14,616 bases of DNA from Candidatus Thorarchaeota archaeon (GCA_016839445.1 JAEOUG010000024.1:1-14616); one strand, 5' to 3'; positions 1 through 8,448 are shown, numbered from the stretch's first letter. The notes: generated by a model from the letters alone, not told the origin. A program made the numbers and translations.

Positions 1-2
1 CG

Positions 3-431
3 GTTTCAAACCTATCAGGCGACAGAGTCATGACTGTTGGCGATGCAGCAGGTATGGTGAAGGCAACAACGGGAGGCGGGGTGATAATGGGTGGCCTAAC
101 AGCGAAGGCCGCAGGACGCGTGATGGCGGGGGCCTTGGATAAAGACCAGCTCTCAGCGAGGCACCTGAGGGTCTACGACAGAGAGGCAAAGGCCCTAGTG
201 ATGCGAGAGCTGCGACTCATGGCGCTGGCACAGAAAGCTCTCACCTCACTCTCAGACCCAGGGCTTGATGCTGTAATCCGTGATGCAGACACGCTAGGAC
301 TGCTCGACATAGTGAAGAAGGAGGGTGACATGGATCTACAGGGGCGGGTCATCGAACGCCTCCTGAAGAACCCGAGGATGTTTCTGGTAGGCCTCCGAGC
401 AATCAGGTACATCAATCCCTTTATGAACTGA
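3..431 (+). CDS. Geranylgeranyl reductase family FAD-dependent oxidoreductase, C-terminal part (5'-truncated by the window)
   Basis: The frame is open from position 3 (VSNLSGDRVMTV...). It contains the second FAD-binding motif VGDAAGMVKATTGGGV, matching the GDAAG...P/TxGGG motif of GGR/DGGGPL reductases, followed by a helical C-terminus. Confidence 0.85.
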   Translation, partial: VSNLSGDRVMTVGDAAGMVKATTGGGVIMGGLTAKAAGRVMAGALDKDQLSARHLRVYDREAKALVMRELRLMALAQKALTSLSDPGLDAVIRDADTLGLLDIVKKEGDMDLQGRVIERLLKNPRMFLVGLRAIRYINPFMN

Positions 432-463
432 TTAACACTCCATGTCGGACAGGCCTGAACCCG

Positions 464-1825
464 ATGAGTTTCCTTGAATCAAGTCACATTGAAACATCAC
501 TCAAGATCATCGAGAGATGGCACGTATGTGACTATTGTCTGGGTCGGCAGTTCGCATGGCTTGGTACAGGAACCACAAATCGTGAGAGAGGGCGTTCCAT
601 CAAACTTGCACTCCTGATGATAGCTGATGAGGAATTGAAGAAGGGCGATAGTGAGAAGGGAAGGGAGCTGGTAACTCTTCTGTCCTCTAAGGGAATGTTT
701 GCTCCTGCAAGGCTCTTGGCCCAGGAGAGTGGCCTAGACGTTCCAGAGGAGGGGAATTGCGTTCTCTGCAGTGTGCAGGGCGCATCTGTCTTCGACAAGG
801 TTCCCTCCATCGCAGAGGATATCCTTCGAGCTGCTCAGGGGATTGAGTTCGACACCTTCCTAGTCGGTTCCGTTCCTCCTGCTGTCTTGGTAGACAAACA
901 GGACGAGCTCGGAGCTGAGCATTCACTGATGCACAGTGAAACCCTGAAGTCACATTTCAACAGGGAGCTGGGCAAGGCTGCGCAGCCGCTCCTGCAGCGG
1001 ACTGTCGACTTTGAGAGGCCAGATGTTGTCTTCGTCTATGATATGGAGAAGCAAAGGCTCTCGCTTCAAGTCAATCCTGTGTTCATCTACGGACGCTACC
1101 GTAAGCTGAAGAGAGGAATCCCTCAGAGTCGATGGGACTGTAGTGCATGCAGAGGGAGGGGATGCAAGGAGTGCAATGGAACAGGACGACGTTACCCTGA
1201 CTCCATATCCGAGTACATCGGCGAACCCACACAGAGGCTTCTCGAAGGCTCCAGATTCAAGGTCCACGCTGCAGGACGCGAAGATGTGGATGTCCTGATG
1301 CTCGGAGAAGGTAGACCATTCGTTGTAGAGATCTCAGAACCGAGAATCAGAAAGCCAGACTTGGAGAAGATTAGGAAGGCCGTGAACAGACATGCTCGCA
1401 GGAAGGTGGAGATTGGCGAGCTCGCCTTGGTAACTAGAGGGCATCTTCAGAGGCTGAAGAGCGAGGCCTCGGTCAACATCAAGGAGTACATGGCGTTAAT
1501 CGAGGTAGGAAGAGAGGTCACGGACGCGGATATAGGGACTCTAGAGAGAGAGTTCACAGGCATAGAGATTGAGCAGAGAACCCCACATCGCGTGGCGCAT
1601 CGCCGGAGCGACTTGCTTAGAAAGAAGAGAGTCTACCATGTTCGTGCGAAGAAGCGAAAGAAGAACATCATTGAGGCCTCCCTCAGAGTCCAAGGAGGAA
1701 CCTACGTCAAGGAACTCATCTCAGGAGATGAGGGTCGCACGAAGCCATCAGTTAGTGAGAAGCTGGAGACCCCCTGCAAGTGTATTCAGCTAGATGTCAC
1801 TGCGATATATGCCAGCAAGGAGTAG
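464..1825 (+). CDS. pus10: tRNA pseudouridine(54/55) synthase Pus10
   Basis: N-terminal CDYCLGRQF and CVLC zinc ligands, THUMP-like region, YGRYRKLKRGIPQSRW, catalytic GREDVD motif, QRTPHRVAHRR and GGTYVKELISGDEGRTKPS, all typical of Pus10. It sits in the usual position upstream of rpl21e. Confidence 0.96.
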   Translation: MSFLESSHIETSLKIIERWHVCDYCLGRQFAWLGTGTTNRERGRSIKLALLMIADEELKKGDSEKGRELVTLLSSKGMFAPARLLAQESGLDVPEEGNCVLCSVQGASVFDKVPSIAEDILRAAQGIEFDTFLVGSVPPAVLVDKQDELGAEHSLMHSETLKSHFNRELGKAAQPLLQRTVDFERPDVVFVYDMEKQRLSLQVNPVFIYGRYRKLKRGIPQSRWDCSACRGRGCKECNGTGRRYPDSISEYIGEPTQRLLEGSRFKVHAAGREDVDVLMLGEGRPFVVEISEPRIRKPDLEKIRKAVNRHARRKVEIGELALVTRGHLQRLKSEASVNIKEYMALIEVGREVTDADIGTLEREFTGIEIEQRTPHRVAHRRSDLLRKKRVYHVRAKKRKKNIIEASLRVQGGTYVKELISGDEGRTKPSVSEKLETPCKCIQLDVTAIYASKE

Positions 1826-1861
1826 CACTGCCATCACCCAATCTTCGTAGCTGTTGCGAAA

Positions 1862-1871
1862 TCCTTATTTG
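1862..1871 (+). promoter_or_regulatory. Candidate TATA box (TTATTT) for rpl21e-rpo4
   Basis: gcgaaatccTTATTTgg: an A-rich BRE-like stretch followed by a TATA-like box in the pus10-rpl21e spacer. Confidence 0.45.
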
Positions 1872-1959
1872 GCGACCTCAGAGGTCATGCAAGACCTCGG
1901 GTCTGAGTTCTGCTGTTCTAGAGCAATTCGAGGTCAACTATCAAGGTCAGTGCTATCTT

Positions 1960-2256
1960 ATGGTCAAGAAGAGTCACGGCTACAGAGCGCGCACACGCAG
2001 TCTGATGAGCAAGCGTGTCCGTCAGCGCGGTTTGACCTCTGTGAATAAGGTCTTAGAGACCTATCAAGAGGGTCAGAGAGTGGATGTAGTCATTGATCCC
2101 GCGTTCCACAAGGGTATGCCACACAGACGATACCAAGGCAGAACTGGTGTTGTCCGAGGCGCGAGAGGACGGGCTCTGGTAGTGGAGATCGGTCTCGGGA
2201 AGGCAGTCAAGACACTCTTGGTTCGACCAGAGCATCTCCAGCCAAGCAGAGGATGA
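1960..2256 (+). CDS. rpl21e: 50S ribosomal protein eL21 (L21e)
   Basis: MVKKSHGYRARTRSLM...HKGMPHRRYQGRTGVV...KTLLVRPEHL is the L21e signature. The true start is the ATG at 1960 (98 aa), not the ORF-track start at 1780. Confidence 0.97.
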   Translation: MVKKSHGYRARTRSLMSKRVRQRGLTSVNKVLETYQEGQRVDVVIDPAFHKGMPHRRYQGRTGVVRGARGRALVVEIGLGKAVKTLLVRPEHLQPSRG

Positions 2257-2266
2257 GGTGTAGACC

Positions 2267-2608
2267 ATGCCGAAGGAGATAATCAGTGAGGAGGAAATCC
2301 CACTCCCGGTTGTGAAGAAGCTGCTCGGTCAGCGACAGAAGGAGAGTGGCGAGCCCCTTTCATTTCAGCAGTCTATCACCCTTGAGCACGCATCCACGTT
2401 CTCCAAGATGGCTCCTGCAGCATCAGTGAAACTGGTCGAGCGGCTCATGAAGAGCTATGACATTCCGCGGCCTCAGGCAGTTCAGCTGGTCAACATTGCG
2501 CCTGTCACAGCAGAGGAACTCAAGTCCATTCTTGACGTTCGCGCGACAAGTCTGAACGAAGAACAGATCATCGAAATCATCGACCTAATAGCGAAGAACG
2601 TTTCATAG
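2267..2608 (+). CDS. rpo4: DNA-directed RNA polymerase subunit Rpo4 (F, Rpb4 homolog)
   Basis: 113 aa with ISEEEIPLPVVKKLL, LSFQQSITLEHASTFSK and AVQLVNIAPVTAEELKSIL. A GAGGTG SD overlaps the rpl21e stop. Conserved rpl21e-rpoF-DUF655-ksgA order. Confidence 0.92.
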   Translation: MPKEIISEEEIPLPVVKKLLGQRQKESGEPLSFQQSITLEHASTFSKMAPAASVKLVERLMKSYDIPRPQAVQLVNIAPVTAEELKSILDVRATSLNEEQIIEIIDLIAKNVS

Positions 2609-2696
2609 GCAGCCGGAGATTGGGCCCAGAGCCTCGCAGTCCGATTAGTTTTTATCGTTAGTATTCAGATTCTTCTTCAATGTGCCCTAGCGCTGG

Positions 2697-3308
2697 ATGT
2701 GTTCAATCATGGAAGGACAGCAAAACAGGATGTTTGAGACCCACGCATATGTCCTGTCTGTCGTTCCACCAAAGATGTCTCTGCGCGACTCTCGTCCCAG
2801 AGGAGAAACGCTAGCCCAGGGAGTGGGTGAATCTCATTTTACTCTGCTCGAGATGGTGCCGCAACACGGAGCAAGACTGAATCCTGAGGAACGTGTCTCG
2901 ATTGACAGAAACGCAGGCGGCAAGATAGACCATGTTCGGAGAAGGATATTCTTCGAGGATCTGACACCGGAGAGCGAGGCCGAACTGCCCCTTGTCGTTG
3001 AGATAATCGTCACAAAGCACGAGACGAAATTCGTGCAGTTCTTCAATGAGGCTGCACCACTCACGACTAAGATGCATTCGTTGCAGCTCCTCCCTGGCAT
3101 AGGCCCAGCATTGATGTGGGCGATTCTCGAGGAGCGCAAGAGGAGCCCCTTCAAGAACTTCGATGACATTGCAGAACGAACCAAACTGAGGAATCCGAAG
3201 AAGGTCGTGGTGGCCCGCATCATCGATGAGCTGAAGGAAGACGTGAAGCGGTGGATATTCGTTCGACCTCCTAAGCGAGAGGTGGACGAACGTCCCCCAA
3301 GAAGGTAG
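2697..3308 (+). CDS. DUF655 family predicted nucleic-acid-binding protein (OB-fold plus HhH)
   Basis: AYVL...AQGVGESHFTLLE, FVQFFNEAAPLTTKMHSLQLLPGIG and ILEERKRSPFKNFDDI are DUF655 hallmarks, in the conserved position between rpoF and ksgA. The start may be 2697 or 2709. Confidence 0.92.
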   Translation: MCSIMEGQQNRMFETHAYVLSVVPPKMSLRDSRPRGETLAQGVGESHFTLLEMVPQHGARLNPEERVSIDRNAGGKIDHVRRRIFFEDLTPESEAELPLVVEIIVTKHETKFVQFFNEAAPLTTKMHSLQLLPGIGPALMWAILEERKRSPFKNFDDIAERTKLRNPKKVVVARIIDELKEDVKRWIFVRPPKREVDERPPRR

Positions 3309-3323
3309 CCATGATGTGGGCAG

Positions 3324-4196
3324 GTGAGCCTACTGTCGGATATCGAGATTCGTACCCTGTTGACCAAGTATGGGGTCAAAGAACACAAGAAGCGCGGTCA
3401 GAGTTTTCTGAAGAACCAGTTCGTCGCCAGTGAGATTGCTCGTATTGCCTCAGTTGGTCCTGAGGACAGAGTCCTAGAGATTGGAGGTGGTTTGGGAATC
3501 CTCACGGAGTGGCTGGCTGCTGCTGCAGGTCTAGTACATGTCATCGAGATTGAGCCGGGACTGGTCAATGCACTCAGAGACAGGTTCGCCAGCAGAGAGA
3601 ATGTGGTCATAGTAGAGGGCGATGCATTGACCGCAGATCTACCGGCGGTGACCAAGGTTGTGTCAAACCTGCCGTACAGCATCTCGTCTGAGATCACATT
3701 CAGGCTCCTGCGAGAGCTGGATTTCGAGCAGGCGGTCCTCATGTATCAGAAGGAGTTTGCAGACCGTCTGGTCGCGACGCCTGGTTCGCAAGCATACTCT
3801 CGGCTGAGCGTGAACTTCCAGTATCTTGGCAATGCAGAAGAGCTGATGGATGTCAGTGCGTCGATGTTCTACCCCGAACCTGCAGTAGACTCGCAGGTTG
3901 TTCGCATCAAGCACAGAACATCAGGCCCATTTGCCCAAGATGCACATGTGTTCGAGTGGATGATTCGAGGGGTCTACTCTTATCCCAACAAGCATCTGAG
4001 AAGAGCAATGCAGATCTGGTTCAAGAATCTGGGAGTGGAGAAGAATCTCGCTGATGATGTCATCCGTGCCTGTGGCATTGAGGGGCTCGGCACCATGCGT
4101 CCGAGGGGCATGGGACTCGACGTACTTGTCGTACTCGCGGATATCCTTGGGACATTCGTGGAAGACCAGAAACTACTAGGGCCGGAGGAGGACTGA
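3324..4196 (+). CDS. rsmA: 16S rRNA (adenine-N6,N6)-dimethyltransferase RsmA/KsgA/Dim1
   Basis: KKRGQSFL, SAM motif VLEIGGGLGILT, IEIE, GDAL, VVSNLPYSISS, MYQKEFADRL, YSRLSV and FYPEPAVDS. GTG start. Confidence 0.95.
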   Translation: MSLLSDIEIRTLLTKYGVKEHKKRGQSFLKNQFVASEIARIASVGPEDRVLEIGGGLGILTEWLAAAAGLVHVIEIEPGLVNALRDRFASRENVVIVEGDALTADLPAVTKVVSNLPYSISSEITFRLLRELDFEQAVLMYQKEFADRLVATPGSQAYSRLSVNFQYLGNAEELMDVSASMFYPEPAVDSQVVRIKHRTSGPFAQDAHVFEWMIRGVYSYPNKHLRRAMQIWFKNLGVEKNLADDVIRACGIEGLGTMRPRGMGLDVLVVLADILGTFVEDQKLLGPEED

Positions 4197-4197
4197 G

Positions 4198-4803
4198 ATG
4201 ACCCAGAAAGGCGGAAGAATAATCGTATTCGAAGGTGTCTATCCCCCTTCAGAGGATTCATACTTGCTCTTGGACTCCCTGAGTCTTGAGGAGGGAGACC
4301 GGGTTCTCGATGTGGGCTGCGGCTCGGGGGTCATCAGTGTTGAGGCGCTTGAGCACACTTCTGGTGCAGTGAGTCTGGACATATCCATAGATGCAACTAG
4401 AAACACAAGGGAGAACATCCTAAGAAACAGACTCGAAGAAGGGTCGAACGTTGTGCAAGCGGACCTGCTCACGGCGCTTGCGCCAGACACGAAGTTCTCT
4501 GTTGTAGTGTTCAACCCACCATACCTCCCTGTCGATGAACACTCAACCACAATGGATCAGGCCCTCGTAGGAGGCGAAAAGGGGAATGAGGTCATCCTCA
4601 GATTCCTGGAGCAACTACAGGGTCATCTTGAGGACGAAGGACGAGTCTACATCGTTATGTCCTCGCTCTCTGATCCAGACGCCGTCAGCAACTACATGGA
4701 GAGCCTAGGAATGTCTGTGTTGATTGCAGCCACAAAGCCGCAGTTCTTTGAGAAGCTGGTTGTCCTCATGGGAACACTTCGCCACAAGGAAACCGTTTTA
4801 TAA
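4198..4803 (+). CDS. HemK2/Mtq2 (N6AMT1-like) protein methyltransferase, probable release-factor Gln methyltransferase
   Basis: VYPPSEDSYLL, LDVGCGSG, FNPPY and GGEKG motifs. Directly follows rsmA, as is common in archaea. Confidence 0.9.
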   Translation: MTQKGGRIIVFEGVYPPSEDSYLLLDSLSLEEGDRVLDVGCGSGVISVEALEHTSGAVSLDISIDATRNTRENILRNRLEEGSNVVQADLLTALAPDTKFSVVVFNPPYLPVDEHSTTMDQALVGGEKGNEVILRFLEQLQGHLEDEGRVYIVMSSLSDPDAVSNYMESLGMSVLIAATKPQFFEKLVVLMGTLRHKETVL

Positions 4804-4804
4804 G
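4789..4804 (+). promoter_or_regulatory. BRE/TATA promoter for the FKBP gene, overlapping the methyltransferase stop
   Basis: gaaaccgTTTTATAAg about 55 nt upstream of ATG 4857. A GAGGGG SD lies just before the ATG. Confidence 0.6.
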
Positions 4805-4856
4805 ACCCCGAGGAGGCGCGACAGAACAATCCTGGAATCTCGAGAGGGGACCAGAT

Positions 4857-5660
4857 ATGTCAGAGAAGAAGACGGCGAAGAAGACGCCTGCCAAGAAGAC
4901 GACTACGAAGAAGTCGACTGCATCCAAGAAGACGCCTGCCCAGAAGACTGAAGCCACTGTAGGCGAATCAAGCGTAATCTACATCGACTACACGGCGAAG
5001 ATCCAGGATGATGGCCAGGTCTTCGATACGACCATTGAAGATGTGGCCAGAGAGCATGGAACATACAAAGAGAATGACCGATATGAGCCCATGCTAGTCG
5101 CGATAGGCTGGAACTGGCTGCTTGGCGCCGTTGAAGAGGAACTCGTCGGGCTTAAGGTCGGGGACAGCAAGACTGTGGCAGTCCCACCAGAGAAGGGAGC
5201 AGGGACAAGAGACCCAAGAAAGGTCAAGATGATTCCGAAAGTCAAGCTCGCAAAGCACGGCGTGAGAATGCTGAAGGGTGAGGAGATCACCTTTGGAGAT
5301 GAGCGAGGTGTGATTACCGCGGTACTCGGTCGTCAGGTCAGAGTGGACTTCAATAGCCCTCTTGCCGACAAGACACTTGTCTTCGATGTCACTATCAAAG
5401 AGATACTCTCAAGTGATGAGGAGAAGCTCCAGGCCATTGTCAAGAGGCGTGTCCCAGGTCTTCCCCAGGAAGACTTCAAGGTGTCATATGCAAAGAAGAC
5501 GATCACAATCGAAATGCCAAAGGAAACTCGCTACGTCCAGAACATCCAGTATGCGGAGATCGGCATTGCGGCCGATGCACTGAAGGTAGTGCCAGACTCC
5601 AAAGAGGTCAAACTCGTGGTGACCTTTGAACGACCCCCGAAGACAGAGAACGTCACCTAG
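4857..5660 (+). CDS. Long-type archaeal FKBP peptidyl-prolyl cis-trans isomerase (SlyD/FKBP26-like) with a Lys-rich N-terminal tail
   Basis: IDYTAKIQDDGQVFDTT, YEPM, LKVGDSKTVAVPPEKG.GTRDP, the insert-in-flap region, VRVDFNSPLADKTLVFDV, plus the C-terminal domain of long-type FKBPs. Confidence 0.92.
   Translation: MSEKKTAKKTPAKKTTTKKSTASKKTPAQKTEATVGESSVIYIDYTAKIQDDGQVFDTTIEDVAREHGTYKENDRYEPMLVAIGWNWLLGAVEEELVGLKVGDSKTVAVPPEKGAGTRDPRKVKMIPKVKLAKHGVRMLKGEEITFGDERGVITAVLGRQVRVDFNSPLADKTLVFDVTIKEILSSDEEKLQAIVKRRVPGLPQEDFKVSYAKKTITIEMPKETRYVQNIQYAEIGIAADALKVVPDSKEVKLVVTFERPPKTENVT
4866..4949 (+). repeat. Coding degenerate tandem repeat (AAGAAGACG-based, 12-18 nt units) encoding KKTA/KKTPA/KKTTT/KKSTAS/KKTPA/QKT
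   Basis: aagaagacgcctgcc occurs twice exactly, and aagaagacg occurs four times within about 85 nt. Confidence 0.8.
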
Positions 5661-5666
5661 GCATGG

Positions 5667-5674
5667 TTTTTTTT
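5667..5674 (+). terminator. Archaeal oligo-T terminator after the FKBP gene
   Basis: A T8 run starts 7 nt after the TAG stop. Confidence 0.7.
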
Positions 5675-5689
5675 GCAAAGGTCCATGAA

Positions 5690-5702
5690 GAAAACCTTAA
5701 AA
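5690..5702 (+). promoter_or_regulatory. BRE/TATA promoter for psmB (possibly psmB-aCPSF1)
   Basis: gaaaaccTTAAAA about 70 nt upstream of the psmB ATG. Confidence 0.6.
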
Positions 5703-5770
5703 TGGATTACAAAGCACGGGAGCCTGTCACTCGTTCTCTAGAGTTCATCTCCTAGACGGAGTCTATTGAC

Positions 5771-6409
5771 ATGGAACATAATATGCAACCCCCGGCTGAA
5801 TTGAAGACGGGAACTACTACTGTAGGCATGATTGCTAAGGACTGCGTCGTGCTTGCTAGTGATCAGAGAGCCACAATGGGCTATCTCATCGCTAACAAGA
5901 CGGCACAGAAGATCTACAAGATAACGGACCGTATCGGTGCCACTATCGCTGGGTCCGTTGCAGATGCACAGGCAATCATGGACCTTCTCCGAGCAGAGGC
6001 CAAGCTCTTTGAGATTCAGAGAGGTAGACCGATGCGCGTGAAGGCCCTGACCCGACTTCTAAGCAATATCATGTTCCAAGGACGAGGACTCTACATGTTG
6101 GGGAGTCTTGTAGGAGGATTTGATGACGAAGGTCCTCAGGTCTACTACACCGACTTCATTGGCAGTGTGCTGCCAGACAAGTTCGTGGCCAATGGGTCCG
6201 GATCTCCAGTTGCGCTTGGCGTCTTAGAGGCCGAGTACAAGGATGATCTGCCCAAGAAGAAGGCTGTTGAACTGGCGGTTCGCTCCATTGCTGCAGCCAT
6301 CGAGAGAGACGCTGCGACTGGCAACTCGATTCTTGTCAGCGTCATTGACAAAGACGGGTACCAGGAAGTCGACAAAGACACCATCATGAAGATTTGGAAG
6401 GGCCAGTAG
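5771..6409 (+). CDS. psmB: 20S proteasome beta subunit
   Basis: A 14-aa propeptide ending LKTG is followed by TTTVG (catalytic Thr1). Also ASDQRATMG, KIYKI, GSVADAQ, GSGS and RDAATG. Confidence 0.97.
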   Translation: MEHNMQPPAELKTGTTTVGMIAKDCVVLASDQRATMGYLIANKTAQKIYKITDRIGATIAGSVADAQAIMDLLRAEAKLFEIQRGRPMRVKALTRLLSNIMFQGRGLYMLGSLVGGFDDEGPQVYYTDFIGSVLPDKFVANGSGSPVALGVLEAEYKDDLPKKKAVELAVRSIAAAIERDAATGNSILVSVIDKDGYQEVDKDTIMKIWKGQ

Positions 6410-6530
6410 TCAACGGATTTGTTTGATCAGCAGAGTAATCTCTGCGGCGAAGCCAACCCTGCGCACGAGTGCTGGCCTATCAGTCGGCCGTGAAGGGCAT
6501 TAGTGGCCGAAAATTGTGGTGTGAAGATAC

Positions 6531-8444
6531 ATGCACTCAGTCAATGAAAACGACTATGTCGACATTCGAGAGGAGGTCAAGAAGGCACTTCCTCGCTCTG
6601 CGCTCATCAGCTCAGTGGAGTATGAAGGTCCTGAGATAGCTATCTACTCGAAGGCGCCGAAGATACTGCTCGATGATGGCGATAAGATCAAGGCACTTGC
6701 TCGCAAGATGAGAAAAAGAATAGTCGTACGCTCGGCTCCCGAAGTGAGGCTATCTCATGAGGAGGCAGAGGCCACTGTACGGAAGGTGGTTCCCGAAGAA
6801 GCTGAGATCACCACAATCGATTTCGATATCTCTAGAGGAGAGGTCATCATTGAGGCACAGAAGCCGGGGCTTGTAATCGGCAGGAATGGAACAACCCTGC
6901 GAGAGATCACTCGCCAGACCTTCTGGAGACCAAACGTCATGCGGACTCCCCCCATGGAGAGCAAGCTCATCAAGCAAATCAGATACATCGTTCAGTCAGA
7001 GGCGGCCACGCGGAACAAGTCATTCAGGGAGATTGGTAGACGCATTCACAGACCCATGCTTCTGGACAACGGATGGGTCAGACTGACCGCAATGGGAGGC
7101 TTTCGCGAGGTAGGGAGACAGTGCATGTTCCTTCAGACCTCTGAGAGCAACGTCCTCATTGAATGCGGCGTGAATGTGGGAACGCCGAGCAAGGCCTTTC
7201 CACGACTGGACATGCCCGAGTTCGACGTTGACAATCTTGATGCCGTAGTCATCACTCATGCACATCTGGATCACTGTGGGATGGTTCCGTTCCTCTACAA
7301 GTATGGATACAGAGGACCCATCTACATGACCGCCCCCACGCTGAATCTTGCCACCCTTCTTCAACTCGACTACCTTGATGTGGCGGAGCGAGAAGGAAAG
7401 CTTAGACCATACAGAGACCGCGATGTCAAGGAGGCAATCCTGCATACAATCACCCTGAACTACGGTGAGGTGACTGACATTGCTCCTGATGTTCGATTGA
7501 CCATGCACAATGCAGGCCATATCCTTGGTTCGGCCATAGTCCACTTCCACATTGGAGATGGTCAATACAACATGGCCTACACCGGGGATTTCAAGTTCGG
7601 CAGAACAAGGCTCCTAGAACCAGCCACATTCACGTTTCCGCGTCTGGAAACTCTCATCATAGAGAGCACCTACGGCCATCCAACAGACAAGATGCCTCCA
7701 CGGCAGGAGGTCGAGAGGAAGTTTGCCCAGACGCTGAAGCGCGCGCTAGAACGCGGCGGCAAAGTGCTCATACCTGTTCTTGCAGTAGGCCGTGCCCAGG
7801 AGATCATGCTGGTAATCGAGGACCTAGAGAAGAAGAAGCGAATACCGAAGGTTCCTGTCTACATTGAAGGGATGATTGCCCAGGCCACAGCAATCCACAC
7901 CACACATCCCGAGGCACTCAGTAAGAAGATCCGGGAGATGATCTTCCATCAGGGCGTGAATCCCTTCCTCTCAGAGATATTCGTACAGGTTGACAACCCC
8001 GACCAGAGAGAGGAGATATCCCTTGGAGAACCCTGCATCATCATGGCCACATCAGGCATGCTTGCAGGCGGACCAAGCGTCGACTACTTCCGGCTGCTGG
8101 CGCCCGACGAGAAGAATCTGCTCTGCTTTGTCAGCTACCAAGGCGAGGGCACTCTTGGAAGACGAATTCAGAAGGGCTGGAAGGAAGTCCAAATGAGAAA
8201 CAGAGAGGGGCAGACAACGGTAGTCCCTGTCAATCTGGAAGTTGCCACCGTAGAGGGCTTCTCGGGACACTCCGACAGAAAGCAGATCATCAACTTCGTC
8301 AAGAGAGTCAATCCGGTTCCAGAGAGGGTTCTTGTTGCCCACGGAGAAGCCTCAAAGACCCTCGGTCTGGCATCGACCATCCACAAAGCACTGAACATAG
8401 AAACACGTGCCCCGATGGTCACTGAAACTGTGAAGCTCAAGTAA
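6531..8444 (+). CDS. fttA: beta-CASP ribonuclease aCPSF1 / transcription termination factor FttA
   Basis: 637 aa with N-terminal KH domains (VEYEGPEIAIYS, KPGLVIGRNG), GGFREVGR, THAHLDH, AGHILGS, YTGDF, ESTYG, PVLAVGRAQE, ATSGML, GFSGHSD and HGE. Conserved adjacency to psmB. Confidence 0.97.
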   Translation: MHSVNENDYVDIREEVKKALPRSALISSVEYEGPEIAIYSKAPKILLDDGDKIKALARKMRKRIVVRSAPEVRLSHEEAEATVRKVVPEEAEITTIDFDISRGEVIIEAQKPGLVIGRNGTTLREITRQTFWRPNVMRTPPMESKLIKQIRYIVQSEAATRNKSFREIGRRIHRPMLLDNGWVRLTAMGGFREVGRQCMFLQTSESNVLIECGVNVGTPSKAFPRLDMPEFDVDNLDAVVITHAHLDHCGMVPFLYKYGYRGPIYMTAPTLNLATLLQLDYLDVAEREGKLRPYRDRDVKEAILHTITLNYGEVTDIAPDVRLTMHNAGHILGSAIVHFHIGDGQYNMAYTGDFKFGRTRLLEPATFTFPRLETLIIESTYGHPTDKMPPRQEVERKFAQTLKRALERGGKVLIPVLAVGRAQEIMLVIEDLEKKKRIPKVPVYIEGMIAQATAIHTTHPEALSKKIREMIFHQGVNPFLSEIFVQVDNPDQREEISLGEPCIIMATSGMLAGGPSVDYFRLLAPDEKNLLCFVSYQGEGTLGRRIQKGWKEVQMRNREGQTTVVPVNLEVATVEGFSGHSDRKQIINFVKRVNPVPERVLVAHGEASKTLGLASTIHKALNIETRAPMVTETVKLK

Positions 8445-8448
8445 CGGG

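Noticed and set aside
1133-1190. DnaJ-like zinc-finger insert (CSACRGRGCKECNGTG) in Pus10
   Set aside because: This is a common feature of many archaeal Pus10 proteins and is not novel.
1780-1959. N-terminal extension of L21e in the ORF track (158 aa)
   Set aside because: L21e homology starts at MVKKSHG (1960). The extension overlaps pus10 and a promoter-like element.
2834-3388. 184-aa antisense ORF, and similar shadow ORFs such as 7020-7565, 10992-11489, 532-810 and 950-1267
   Set aside because: They lie opposite well-supported conserved genes, have Ser-rich antisense-type composition and show no recognisable motifs.
464-8444. The pus10-rpl21e-rpoF-DUF655-rsmA-hemK2 and psmB-aCPSF1 clusters as a novel system
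   Set aside because: These are well-known conserved archaeal gene neighbourhoods.
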